Shown: piece after piece, positions 41,697 to 51,613 of the stretch | Layout: every line of letters starts with the position of its first letter | Position numbering within the stretch: the first letter of the stretch is position 1 | Position numbers and translations under genes: made by a program | The notes under the pieces: generated by a model | Told to the model about the DNA's origin: nothing | The model's database searches: none | Seen by the model: only the letters and a program-made list of their open reading frames with translations | Assembly: GCA_963758635.1 (NCBI GenBank) | Contig: CAVWWD010000003.1 | Span: 384,001 to 448,000 of the forward strand | Direction: 5' to 3' | Source of the DNA: an uncultured Candidatus Rokubacteria bacterium | GTDB taxonomy: Bacteria > Methylomirabilota > Methylomirabilia > Rokubacteriales > CSP1-6 | Length of the DNA: 64,000 nucleotides

Positions 41697-42459
41697 GTGA
41701 GCGACTCCACGTCCATCGCGCTGTCGCTGACCGGGCTGGTGATGGAGTTCGGCGGCCTCCGCGCGGTGGACGGCGTCTCGCTGACGGTGCGGCCGGGGGA
41801 GCGCCGGGCCATCATCGGCCCCAACGGGGCGGGGAAGACCACGCTCTTCAGCCTCATCAGCGGCGAGCAGCGCCCGAGCGCGGGGACCATCGCGCTCTTC
41901 GGCCGCGACGTGACGCGGCTGCCTCCGTACCGGCGGGCCGCGCTCGGGCTCGCCCGCACGTACCAGATCACCAACCTGTTCCCGCGCCTGTCCGTGCTGG
42001 ACAACTGCCTGCTCGCCGCGCAGGCGCTGTCGCCCGTGAAGCACCACGTGCACCGGTCCATGGGCCGCTACCCGGAGATCGCCGAGCGCGCGCTCGCCGT
42101 GCTGGAGTCGGTGGGCCTCGCGGCCAAGCGCAACGCGACGGTGCGGAACCTCTCCCACGGGGAGCAGCGCCAGCTCGAGATCGCGCTCGCCCTCGCCGGC
42201 GCGCCCCGGCTCATCCTCCTCGACGAGCCCACCGCGGGCCTGTCGCCCGCGGAGAGCCTCATGATGACCGGAGCTCCTCAAGCGCCTGGATCCCGCCATC
42301 ACGCTGCTCGTCATCGAGCACGACATGGACGTGGCCTTCGCCCTCACCGACCGGATCACCGTGCTCCACTACGGCCGCGTGGTGGCCGACGGGCTCGCCG
42401 AGACGGTCAAGGCCGATCCCCTCGTGCAGGAGATCTACCTCGGGGGGAACGAGGCGTGA
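41697..42459 (+). CDS. ABC ATPase, LivG-like (frameshifted)
   Basis: GPNGAGKTT, LSHGEQR, LLDEPTAG, IEHDM. Confidence 0.85.
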
Positions 42460-42484
42460 GCGCGGCGGGCCGAGGCCAGGGCTG

Positions 42485-43186
42485 ATGCTCAACGTCCGCG
42501 ACGTGCACACGTACTACGGCGACAGCTACGTGCTCCAGGGCATCTCGCTCTCCGTGCCCCGCGGGCGGGTCGTGGGCATCCTCGGGCGGAACGGCATGGG
42601 CAAGACCACGCTCATCCGCACCATCGTGGGCTTCACGCCGCCTCGCCGCGGGTCCGTCGTCTTCAAGGACCGCGACATCACGGGCTGGCCGTCGAACCGG
42701 TCGGTGGCGCTCGGCCTCGGGCTGGTGCCGCAGGGCCGGCGCGTCTTCCCGTCCCTGACCGTGCGCGAGAACCTCGAGGTGGCGCAGGCACGGAACGGCC
42801 GGGGCGGCGACGCGTGGTCCGTGGAGCGCGTGATGGACCTGTTTCCCCGCCTCCGCGAGCGCGCGGGCAACCGCGCGGGGAAGCTGTCGGGGGGCGAGCA
42901 GCAGATGCTCGCCATCGCCCGCGCCCTCATGACCAACCCCGAGCTGCTCCTCATGGACGAGCCCACCGAGGGGCTCGCGCCGCTGCTCGTGCGGGAGGTC
43001 GGGCGCGTCATCGAGCGTCTCAAGGCCTCCGGGCTGTCGATCCTCCTCGTCGAGCAGAACCTCGCGATGGCCATCCGCCTCGCCGACGACGTGCACGTGC
43101 TCTCGCGCGGGCGTATCGTCCACTCGGGGCCGGCGCAGGCGCTCTGGGCCAACGAAGAGGTCAAGGCGCGCTACCTCGGCGTATGA
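42485..43186 (+). CDS. ABC ATPase, LivF-like
   Basis: GRNGMGKTT, LSGGEQQ, DEPTEG. Confidence 0.9.
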   Translation: MLNVRDVHTYYGDSYVLQGISLSVPRGRVVGILGRNGMGKTTLIRTIVGFTPPRRGSVVFKDRDITGWPSNRSVALGLGLVPQGRRVFPSLTVRENLEVAQARNGRGGDAWSVERVMDLFPRLRERAGNRAGKLSGGEQQMLAIARALMTNPELLLMDEPTEGLAPLLVREVGRVIERLKASGLSILLVEQNLAMAIRLADDVHVLSRGRIVHSGPAQALWANEEVKARYLGV

Positions 43187-43217
43187 CCCTTCACCACATG
43201 GACAGGGGAGTCACGCG

Positions 43218-44278
43218 GTGAGATTCGGCACCTTCTACTTCTTCCAGGCGCCGCCCGGGCAGCGCCACCGGGACATCATTCACGACGAGCTGACCCAGAT
43301 CGAGTGGGCCGAGGAGCTCGGCTTCGACAGGTCTGGCTCACCGAGCATCACTTCATCGACTACGGCCTCGCCGTGGACCCCGCCACGCTCGCCGCCGCCG
43401 CGGCCTCGCGGACGCGCCGGGTGCGGATCGGCCTCGCCGCGGCCATCCTGCCGTTCCATCATCCGCTGCGCCTGGCCGAGCAGCTCGCGCTGGTCGACAT
43501 CCTGTCCGACGGCCGGCTCGACGTGGGGGTGGGCCGCGGCAACCGCCCGCCCGAGTTCCGGGGCTACCACGTGCCGCAGGAGGAGAGCCGCGAGCGCTTC
43601 GACGAGACCGTGGAGGTGATGATCCGCGCGTGGACGGAGGACCGGTTCAGCCACGCCGGCCGCTTCTACACGGTGCCGGAGGCGAGCGTCATCCCCAAGC
43701 CCGTGCAGCGCCCGCACCCGCCGATCTACCAGGTCTGCGTGAGCAAGGACGGGATCGAGAACACCGCGCTCCGCGGCTGGCCCATGCTGAACTCCGTGCT
43801 GTTCGGGCCCGTCGACCAGCTCGTGGCCAACCGCACGGTCTACGTGGACACGCTCGAGAAGGCCGGCCGGAGCCCCGCGGAGATCGCGGCGCTCCTCGGG
43901 CGCTGGGGCGTGTCGCGCCAGATCTACGTGGCCGAGACCGACGCCGAGGCCCTGGCCGAGGCCAAGGACGCCGAGCTCTGGTACCAGGAGTCCTTCCGCC
44001 GCTTCGTCCTTCCCGAGCGCATCGAGGACGAGCATCCCGCGCTCCAGCCCGGGTTCCGCGCCATGGCCGAGCGGTTGTCGGCGGTGCGGTGGGAGACGCT
44101 GGTGCGCGAGACGCTGGCCTTCGGCTCACCGGACACGGTGGCCCGGCACATCGAGGCGATGCGCCAGATCGGCGTTGGCCAGGTGCTGTGCTGGATGAGC
44201 TTCGGGGGCCTTTCGATGGACCGCGTGCGCCGGTCCATGGAGCTCTTCGCGCACGAGGTGATGCCCCGCTTCCGCTGA
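43218..44278 (+). CDS. Luciferase-like (LLM) flavin-dependent oxidoreductase (frameshifted)
   Basis: AEELGFD/VWLTEHH, GRLDVGVGRG, PKPVQRPHPPI. Confidence 0.9.
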
Positions 44279-44310
44279 GTGTCGCCCGCGCGATGGGCCG
44301 GCGCTTCGGG

Positions 44311-44613
44311 CGCGCGTGGGCGGGGCGGCGGGGAGGCACCAGGGGTCCCGGGACCACGCCGCACGCGGTCATCAGGTGCGGGCACGCGAGCTTCGCCCGC
44401 CCGCACCTTGCGCCAACCTCCCGGGAAGGGAGCACACATCAACAGCGGGCAGCCGGGGGGCGGTGGGGAGGCACCAGGGGTCGCCGGGGCCCTTCCCCTC
44501 CATCGGTAGACGGACCGAGCGCGCCCGGATGGAGCCCAGTCCCAGCGGGGCAGCGGACGCGTGCGGCGTGGTCCCGGGACCCCTGGTGCCTCCCGCCGCC
44601 CCGCCCTCGCGCG
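44311..44613. repeat. ~300-bp element with ~56-bp terminal inverted repeats (MITE/REP-like)
   Basis: 44311-44367 vs 44558-44613; partial third copy ~44455-44489. Confidence 0.75.
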
Positions 44614-44645
44614 TGCGCGCGGGCTTTGAGGGGTATCGCGTGCCG

Positions 44646-45059
44646 CTACCGGACGTAGTAGCCGGAGACGCGCCAGGCGCCGTCGGCGTCGAGCATCGGC
44701 GTGATCGTCTCGACGGCGGCGGCCTTGTTCTCGAACGTCGTGTCGTACTGGATGACCACGTAGCTCCCGTCGGGGGCGCCGGGTAGGGTCGTCGCGTGCT
44801 GGCGGGACTTGAGCGCGCGCGAGCGGACCTTGCCGAGGGGCTCGCGGGCCGCCGACGCGGCCTGACGCCACTGGTCCCTGGTGACCGCCCGCTTGAAGAA
44901 GCCCGCCGACTGGTCCCAGGAGGCGTCGTACTTGCCCTCGTCCACCAGCTTGAGCCACGCCTCGGCCTTCGCCTGCGCGGCGTCCTCCCGGCTCTGCGCC
45001 CACGCGGTGGCGGCCACGGCGATGGCGAGGACCAGCGCGGCGATGGCGCGGGCCCTCAC
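44646..45059 (-). CDS. DUF4019-like exported protein
   Basis: Signal peptide; AEAWLKLVDEGKY, LPGAPDG, WRVSGY. Confidence 0.8.
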   Translation of the reverse strand: MRARAIAALVLAIAVAATAWAQSREDAAQAKAEAWLKLVDEGKYDASWDQSAGFFKRAVTRDQWRQAASAAREPLGKVRSRALKSRQHATTLPGAPDGSYVVIQYDTTFENKAAAVETITPMLDADGAWRVSGYYVR

Positions 45060-45613
45060 GAGCCCGCCCCGGGGCCGTCCGCGTAGGGCAGCGGGCCGGC
45101 GTACTCGGAGTGCAGCGGCGTCCAGCGCATCGCCCAGAGCTGGGTCAGCGTCCCCGCGAGCTGCCGCAGGTGAAGGCCGTCGTGGGTCACCCACGCGGCG
45201 AGGAGGTCGAGGCCGGAGAGCTGCCCCAGGATGCGGAGGGGCCGGGCGCCGGCCAGGGCTTCGGGCTGCACCGCGGCGAGAAAGTCCAGGCTCGCGCGCC
45301 GCCGCGACTCGAGGTCTGCGAGGGCGCTGGCCAGGTCCTCGTCCCGGTAGCGGCGCTCGACCGCCCAGCGCTCGGGATCGATCGGGACGAACTGCCCGCC
45401 GCCCTCCACGATGACCCGCACCCGTGCCCCGAAGTCCTCCGTCTCCTCGTCACGGAGGTGGCAGACGATCTCCACCGGCGACCACTCGCCCGGCGCGGGC
45501 CGGACGCGCGCGCCCGCCGCGTCGAGGCCCCCGAGCATCGCGTCGAGCACGGCGGGCTGCCGCGCCAGCTCGCGCCGCGCCTGATCGAGCAGGAGCCGCG
45601 CGTCGATCGTCAT
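45056..45613 (-). CDS. DinB-family protein
   Basis: GEWSPVEIVCHLRDEE, HDGLHLRQL. Confidence 0.85.
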   Translation of the reverse strand: MTIDARLLLDQARRELARQPAVLDAMLGGLDAAGARVRPAPGEWSPVEIVCHLRDEETEDFGARVRVIVEGGGQFVPIDPERWAVERRYRDEDLASALADLESRRRASLDFLAAVQPEALAGARPLRILGQLSGLDLLAAWVTHDGLHLRQLAGTLTQLWAMRWTPLHSEYAGPLPYADGPGAGS

Positions 45614-46365
45614 CACGCCATCGCCTGGCCGCCGTTCACGTCGAGCGTGGCCCCGGTGATGAAGGCGGCCTCGTCGGAGGCGAGGAAGAGGACGGCGTCG
45701 GCGATCTCCCGCGGCTCGCCCAGCCGGCGAGCGGGGATGGCCTCGGCCACGCGCCGTGTGTCCTCCGGCGTCCGGGCGCGGAGCACGCGGTCGGTGGCGG
45801 TGGTGCCGGGGGCCACCGCGTTCACCGTGATGCCGTGAGGCGCCACCTCGAGCGCAAGGTGACGCGTGAAGCCGATCACGCCGGCCTTGGCTGCCGCGTA
45901 GTGCGACGTGACGCGCACGGCCGCGCCGCGCGCCACCACCGACGCGAGGTTCACGATCCTCCCGCCTCCCTGCCGCTTCATGAGCGGCACCACCGCCTTC
46001 GAAAAGATGAAGACGCTGGTCAGGTTGGAGGCGAGGATGGCGTGCCACTCCTCCTCGGGGATGTCCTCGGTGTCGCGGAAGGCCGCGAAGCCGCCGGCGT
46101 TGTTCACGAGCACGTCGACCCGGCCCCAGCGCTTCGTGACCAGCTCGACGGCGGCCCCGGCGTCGGCTGAGCGCGTCGCGTCGGCCCGCACGGCGACGGC
46201 ATCGGCGCCCTGCCCGACCAGGTTCTTCACCACGCCCTCGGCCCCGGAGAGGTCCAGGTCCACGACGGCCACGCGGGCGCCCTCTCGCGCGAACGCCTCG
46301 GCGATGGCCGCGCCGATCCCCTTCGCCCCGCCCGTCACGATCGCGACTTTGTCCTTGAGCCTCAT
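45613..46365 (-). CDS. Short-chain dehydrogenase/reductase (FabG-like)
   Basis: TGGAKGIG, NNAGG, YAAAK, NAVAPG. Confidence 0.9.
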   Translation of the reverse strand: MRLKDKVAIVTGGAKGIGAAIAEAFAREGARVAVVDLDLSGAEGVVKNLVGQGADAVAVRADATRSADAGAAVELVTKRWGRVDVLVNNAGGFAAFRDTEDIPEEEWHAILASNLTSVFIFSKAVVPLMKRQGGGRIVNLASVVARGAAVRVTSHYAAAKAGVIGFTRHLALEVAPHGITVNAVAPGTTATDRVLRARTPEDTRRVAEAIPARRLGEPREIADAVLFLASDEAAFITGATLDVNGGQAMA

Positions 46366-46579
46366 CCCTCGTCCTCCGTCCTGCGTGGCGCGCTGTCCTG
46401 TTGCACGGTTCATGTTCGTGCGGGGGCGGCGCCCGCGCAACCGGATTCTGGGGAGGCTCGGCCGAGAGCGAGACGCGGCGCAGGAAGCGGAGTTCTCCGT
46501 CGACCGAGGGCGAACTGTCCTTGACGCGGCGCAGGACGCGCGGCAGTATCGCCCCATCCTCCTCCTCTACGCGGTCACA

Positions 46580-48895
46580 ATGTTCGTCGGCGCCACGCTG
46601 CTCTTCGTGGTGCAGCCCATGGCCGGGAAGATGATCCTCCCGTTGCTCGGCGGCACCCCGGCGGTGTGGAGCACCTGCATGGTCTTCTTCCAGGCCGCGC
46701 TGCTCGGGGGCTACGCCTACGCCCACGCCAGCGCGGCGCGGCTTCCCGTCCGCGCGCAGACGGGCCTGCACATCGTCCTGCTCCTCCTGCCCCTGGCCGT
46801 GCTGCCCCTCGGCGTCGACCCCGCGCGCCTGCGCGGCGGCGAGGCGAGCCCCGTGCTCGACGTGCTGACCCTGCTCTCGTTCTCGGTCGGGCTCCCGTTC
46901 TTCGCGGTGAGCGCCACCGCGCCGCTGCTCCAGCGCTGGTTCGCGCACACCGGCCACCGCGCGGCCGCCGATCCGTACTTCCTCTACGCCGCGAGCAACG
47001 CGGGCAGCATGCTCGCGCTCCTCGGCTACCCGACGCTGATCGAGCCGTGGCTGCCGCTGCGCGGCCACGCCTGGCTCTCGCAGACCGGGCTCTGGACCCT
47101 CGGCTACGTCCTCCTCGTCGCCCTCATCGTGCTCTGCGCGGTCGTCCTCTGGCGCGATCGCGCCGCGCACGGCTGGCGCCCGGCCCTGCAGGGCGGCTCG
47201 GAACCCGAGCCGACCGGGGCTGCCGACGTGGCGCGGACCGTGCCGCCGTCGGAGGCCCTTGGTTGGGGCCGGCGTCTCCGGTGGATCGCGCTCTCGTTCG
47301 TGCCGTCGAGCCTGCTCCTGGGTGTCACCACCTACGCGACCACCGACATCGCGGCGGTCCCGCTCCTCTGGGTGCTGCCGCTCGCCATCTACCTCCTGAG
47401 CTTCATCCTCGTCTTCGGGCACTGGCCGGCGTGGCTCCACGCGCGGGTGCGGACGGCCGCGTTCCCCGCGCTCCTCGTCGGGCTGTTCCTCGTCATCTCC
47501 GCGTACCGGCCGCGGCTGTGGCTGGTGATGCTCGTGCACCTCGCGCTGCTCTACCTGGTGTCGCTCGCGTGCCACGGCGAGCTCGCCCTCGACCGTCCCT
47601 CGACCCGGCACCTCACCGAGTTCTACCTGCTGATCTCGGTGGGCGGCGCGCTCGGCGGGCTCTTCAACGCCCTCGTGGCCCCCGTCGTGTTCGACTCGCT
47701 CGCGGAGTATCCGATGGCCATGGTGCTGGCGTGCATGCTGCTCCTGCGGCGGCGGCCGGGCAGCCTCCGCGGGTCCCTCGCGCGGGACCTGGCGATCCTC
47801 GTCGGCCTCGTCGCCCTCGCGATCCTCCTCGACTCGGACACGGTGAGGGTCCGGACGGACCTCTCGTTCATGCGGCGCTGGCTCGGCCTCGAGGGCGAGA
47901 CGTGGTCGGATCGGCTGGAGCTCGTCGAGCCTGGCCTGAATCGCCTGCTCGTGTACGGCACGCCGGTCTTCCTGGCCGCAAGCCTGCGTCGCCGGCCGGT
48001 GCTCCTGGGCGTGGCCCTGGCGAGCGCGCTCGTCGCGGTGGGCTTCGCCGACGCGCGCAAGGAGGACCAGATCCGCCAGGCCCGGAGCTTCTTCGGCGTC
48101 GTGCGGATCAACCGCGACCGCGAGGAGGAGGGCTACATCGAGCTGCGTCACGGCACCACGCTGCACGGCCGGCAGAGCCTCGACCCGAAACGCCGGGCCG
48201 AGCCGATCTCGTACTACCACCGGGGCGGGCCGGTGGGGCAGCTCTTCGACGAGCTGGACGGGCGCAGCGGCAGCCGGCGCATGGCGGTGATCGGCCTCGG
48301 CACGGGAACGATGGCCGCCTATGCGCGGCCGGGCGACGCGGTCACGTTCTACGAGATCGACCGGCTGATCCGCGAGATCGCCTTCGACCCGAAGTACTTC
48401 ACGTACATGACCGATGCCCGCGACCGCGGCGTCTCGCTGCGCGTGGAGCTTGGCGATGCGCGGGTGCGCCTGGACGAGGTGCGGCGGGAGCGGCCGGGCG
48501 AGCGTTACGACGTGATCGCCGTCGACGCCTTTTCCTCGGACGCCATTCCCGTCCACCTGCTCACCCGGGAGGCCGTGCGCCTCTATCTGGAGATGCTCAA
48601 GCCGGACGGCATCCTCACCATCCACATCTCCAACCGCTACCTGGACCTCGAGCCGGTGGTGGCGAGCCTCGCCGCCGACGCGGCCCTCGGAGGACGGCTC
48701 ATCCAGCACGACGACTCGGCGGAGTCCGCGGGCGCGGCCCGCTCCACGTGGGTGGCCCTGGCCCGCACCGAAGCGGCTCTCGGCGCGCTCGCCCGCTCCG
48801 AGAGGTGGACGGCGTCGCCGCTGGCGCTGGATCCCGCGGTCGGCGTGTGGACGGACGACTTCCACAACCTGCTCACGGTGTTCAAGTGGAAGTGA
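46580..48895 (+). CDS. Fused membrane domain/spermidine synthase-like SAM-dependent protein (start approximate)
   Basis: Many TM segments; VIGLGTG, YEID, GDAR, DAFSSDAIPVHLLT, WTDD. Confidence 0.85.
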   Translation: MFVGATLLFVVQPMAGKMILPLLGGTPAVWSTCMVFFQAALLGGYAYAHASAARLPVRAQTGLHIVLLLLPLAVLPLGVDPARLRGGEASPVLDVLTLLSFSVGLPFFAVSATAPLLQRWFAHTGHRAAADPYFLYAASNAGSMLALLGYPTLIEPWLPLRGHAWLSQTGLWTLGYVLLVALIVLCAVVLWRDRAAHGWRPALQGGSEPEPTGAADVARTVPPSEALGWGRRLRWIALSFVPSSLLLGVTTYATTDIAAVPLLWVLPLAIYLLSFILVFGHWPAWLHARVRTAAFPALLVGLFLVISAYRPRLWLVMLVHLALLYLVSLACHGELALDRPSTRHLTEFYLLISVGGALGGLFNALVAPVVFDSLAEYPMAMVLACMLLLRRRPGSLRGSLARDLAILVGLVALAILLDSDTVRVRTDLSFMRRWLGLEGETWSDRLELVEPGLNRLLVYGTPVFLAASLRRRPVLLGVALASALVAVGFADARKEDQIRQARSFFGVVRINRDREEEGYIELRHGTTLHGRQSLDPKRRAEPISYYHRGGPVGQLFDELDGRSGSRRMAVIGLGTGTMAAYARPGDAVTFYEIDRLIREIAFDPKYFTYMTDARDRGVSLRVELGDARVRLDEVRRERPGERYDVIAVDAFSSDAIPVHLLTREAVRLYLEMLKPDGILTIHISNRYLDLEPVVASLAADAALGGRLIQHDDSAESAGAARSTWVALARTEAALGALARSERWTASPLALDPAVGVWTDDFHNLLTVFKWK

Positions 48896-48911
48896 CGCCG
48901 CGCGGCGACGT

Positions 48912-50522
48912 TCAGGCGGGCCGGGGCCGTCGCCGCCGGTCGCGCAGGATCTCGCGGGCCGCGTTCATGCCCGGCGCTCCCATGACGCCGCCGCCCGGGT
49001 GGGCGGCCGCCCCGCACAGGTAGAGGCCGACGATGGGCGTGCGGTAGCCCGCGTAGCCCGGCACGGGCCGGAACGCGAAGAGCTGCCCCGCCGTCATCGC
49101 CCCCTGGAAGATGTTCCCGCCGGTGAGCCCGAACGTCCGCTCGATGTCGAGCGGCGTCAGCACCTGTCGTCCCCGCACCGCCCCGCGCACGTTCGGCGCG
49201 TACTCGGCGAGCAGGTCCAGGCACCGGTCGGCGAAGCCCTCGCCGATCTCGTCCCAGCTCGCGTCCCGGAGCGCGTAGGGCGCGTACTGCACGAACATCG
49301 ACATGAGGTGCATGCCGGGGGGCGCCACGGTGGGATCCACCACCGACGGGATCGTGCACTCGAGCACGGGCCGGGTGGATGGCCGGCCGTACTTGGCCTC
49401 GTCGTGGGCGCGCTCGATGTAGTCGAGGTCGGGGCAGATGTGGATGGTGCCGCGGTGCTGCGGGCCGGGCTCGGCGCCCGGGCACGCGCGGAAGCTCGGC
49501 AGCTCGGCCAGCGCCACGTTGATCTTGAGCGACGCGCTCTCGTACCCGATGCGCTCCACCGCGGCCACGAAGTCCGCGGGCAGGGCTCGCGGGTCGACGA
49601 GCCGGGTGAACGTCACGCGCGCGTCGGCGTTCGACGCCACCACCGGCGCCTCGTACTCGTCGCCGTTGGCGAGCGCGACGCCGGTGACCCGGCCTCCGCG
49701 CTCGAGCACCCGGAGGACCTCCGCGTCGCACCGGATCTGCGCGCCGAGGCGCCGGGCGGCCGCGGCGAGCGCCTGCGTGAGGCTCCCCATGCCGCCACGC
49801 ACGTAGCCCCACACGCCGCGCTTGCCGTCGGTCTCGCCCATGACGTGGTGGAAGAGCACGTACGCGGTGCCCGGGGTCGAGGGGCTCGCCATCGCCCCGA
49901 TGATGGCGTCGGTGGCGAGCGTCGACTTGAGCTCGACCGACTCGAACCAGCGGTCGAGGACGGTCCGAGCGGGGGCGGTGAGGATCTCGACCGCCTCGGA
50001 CGCCGCCGGGCCGAGCCGGCGGAAGGCTCGCCCCAGGGACAGGAGGCTCCAGAGGTCGCGCGCGCGCGGACGGAGCACGTCGGGCGGCGTCATCGTGAGC
50101 GTGGGCTCCACGAAGTCCGCCACGCGCTCGAGCATGGCCTCGTAGGCCGGGTAGCGCTCGGCGTCACGCGCGCTGAACTTCCCGATCTCGCGCCGGTTCA
50201 GCTCGGGGTCCGACCCGAGGAGGAGGAAGCGTCCGTCGGGGTAGGGCGTGAACGACGACGGGTTGCGGGCGAGGACCTCGAAGCCGTGGTGGCGGAGGCC
50301 GAGGTCGCGCACGATCTCCGGCCGGAAGAGGCTGGCGACGTACGCGGCGGTCGACACCTTGAAGCCGGGGAAGGTCTCCTCCGTGACGCACGCGCCGCCC
50401 ACCACGTGACGGCGCTCGAGGACGAGCACCTGGAGGCCGGCGCGCGCCAGGTAGCACGCGGTCACCAGGCCGTTGTGCCCGGCGCCGACCACGATCGCGT
50501 CGTAGCGGCCGGCTCTCGACAT
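48912..50522 (-). CDS. Phytoene desaturase-like NAD(P)/FAD oxidoreductase
   Basis: GAGHNGL, GGMG, GLYLCGAAAHPGGGVMGAPG. Confidence 0.85.
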   Translation of the reverse strand: MSRAGRYDAIVVGAGHNGLVTACYLARAGLQVLVLERRHVVGGACVTEETFPGFKVSTAAYVASLFRPEIVRDLGLRHHGFEVLARNPSSFTPYPDGRFLLLGSDPELNRREIGKFSARDAERYPAYEAMLERVADFVEPTLTMTPPDVLRPRARDLWSLLSLGRAFRRLGPAASEAVEILTAPARTVLDRWFESVELKSTLATDAIIGAMASPSTPGTAYVLFHHVMGETDGKRGVWGYVRGGMGSLTQALAAAARRLGAQIRCDAEVLRVLERGGRVTGVALANGDEYEAPVVASNADARVTFTRLVDPRALPADFVAAVERIGYESASLKINVALAELPSFRACPGAEPGPQHRGTIHICPDLDYIERAHDEAKYGRPSTRPVLECTIPSVVDPTVAPPGMHLMSMFVQYAPYALRDASWDEIGEGFADRCLDLLAEYAPNVRGAVRGRQVLTPLDIERTFGLTGGNIFQGAMTAGQLFAFRPVPGYAGYRTPIVGLYLCGAAAHPGGGVMGAPGMNAAREILRDRRRRPRPA

Positions 50523-50553
50523 GCGGAGCGCGGGGACGCGGTGGTCCGCCGCG

Positions 50554-51444
50554 TCAGCGCGGGGGCGGCGCCGGGGCCGCCCGGCCGTCGATCGCGGTGA
50601 CGACCACCGCGAGGTCCTCGCCCTGATGGCCGGCCGCGAGCGCCCCGGCGTAGAGGCGCTCGGCCACGTCGGTGAGCGGCAGCGACGCGCCCACGGCGCG
50701 CGCCGCGTCCTGGATCAGGTGCAGGTCCTTCATGAACAGCTCGAGCTTCATCTGGGGCGGAAACTCCGCGCGCGCCATCATGGGCCCGCGCACCTCGAGC
50801 ATGCGCGAGGCGCCGGCGCTCCCGGTGAGCACCTCGAGCGCGCGGGTCATGTCGAGGCCGGCGCGCTGCGCCAGGGCCAGGGCCTCCGCGGCGGCGGCCG
50901 AGTGCAGGCCCACCAGGAGGTTCGCGGCCAGCTTCAGCACCATCGCGTGCGGGGCCGGCCCGACGTGGACCACGCGCGGCAGCATCGACTCGAGCACGGG
51001 CCGGCACCGCTCGTAGAGCGCGGGATCGCCGCCCACGAAGAACGCGCCATCGCCGCGCGCCACCATGCCGCTCGTGCCGCTCACCGGGCAGTCGAGGAAA
51101 CCCAGGCCGCGCTCGGCGGCGCCGCGGGCCAGGCGCTCGGTGAGCGCCGGCGAGATCGTGCTCATCTGCAAGATCACCGTGCGCCCCGGACGCCCGGGGC
51201 CGATGCCGTCCGCGCCGAGCACCGTGCGCTCCACGCTGTCCAGCGACGGCAGCACCACGCAGACGAGGTCCGTGCGGTCCGCCACCTCGCGGGCGGAGGC
51301 CGCGACCGCTCCGCCGAGGCCGCGCAGGGCCAGGCCGCGCTCGGCGAGCACGTCGTGGCCCACCACGTCGTGGCCGGCGCCACGCAGCCGCGACGCGAGC
51401 GCGCCGCCGAGGAGACCCAGGCCGATCATTCCGACAGTCGTCAT
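50554..51444 (-). CDS. 3-hydroxyisobutyrate dehydrogenase-family oxidoreductase
   Basis: IGLGLLG, STISP, DCPVSG, KLAAN, MKDL. Confidence 0.85.
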   Translation of the reverse strand: MTTVGMIGLGLLGGALASRLRGAGHDVVGHDVLAERGLALRGLGGAVAASAREVADRTDLVCVVLPSLDSVERTVLGADGIGPGRPGRTVILQMSTISPALTERLARGAAERGLGFLDCPVSGTSGMVARGDGAFFVGGDPALYERCRPVLESMLPRVVHVGPAPHAMVLKLAANLLVGLHSAAAAEALALAQRAGLDMTRALEVLTGSAGASRMLEVRGPMMARAEFPPQMKLELFMKDLHLIQDAARAVGASLPLTDVAERLYAGALAAGHQGEDLAVVVTAIDGRAAPAPPPR

Positions 51445-51613
51445 GACGTGTGCTCCCTCCTGAGCGGGCCGGCTGAGCGGGCGAGGCCGTCGCGCCCGGT
51501 CGGGCTCGTCACGCGCGTGGCTAATGAGCCCCGCGCATCAGACTAATGCCGAGCGGTGGGATTGTAGAGGCCCGTGGCGGTTACCGTATTCTGCGAGGGT
51601 CACTAGAGGCGGA

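Noticed and set aside
45056..48865. 1269-aa minus-strand ORF and other long Arg/Ala/Pro-rich ORFs
   Set aside because: Shadow ORFs of real genes in high-GC DNA; only the DinB part is supported
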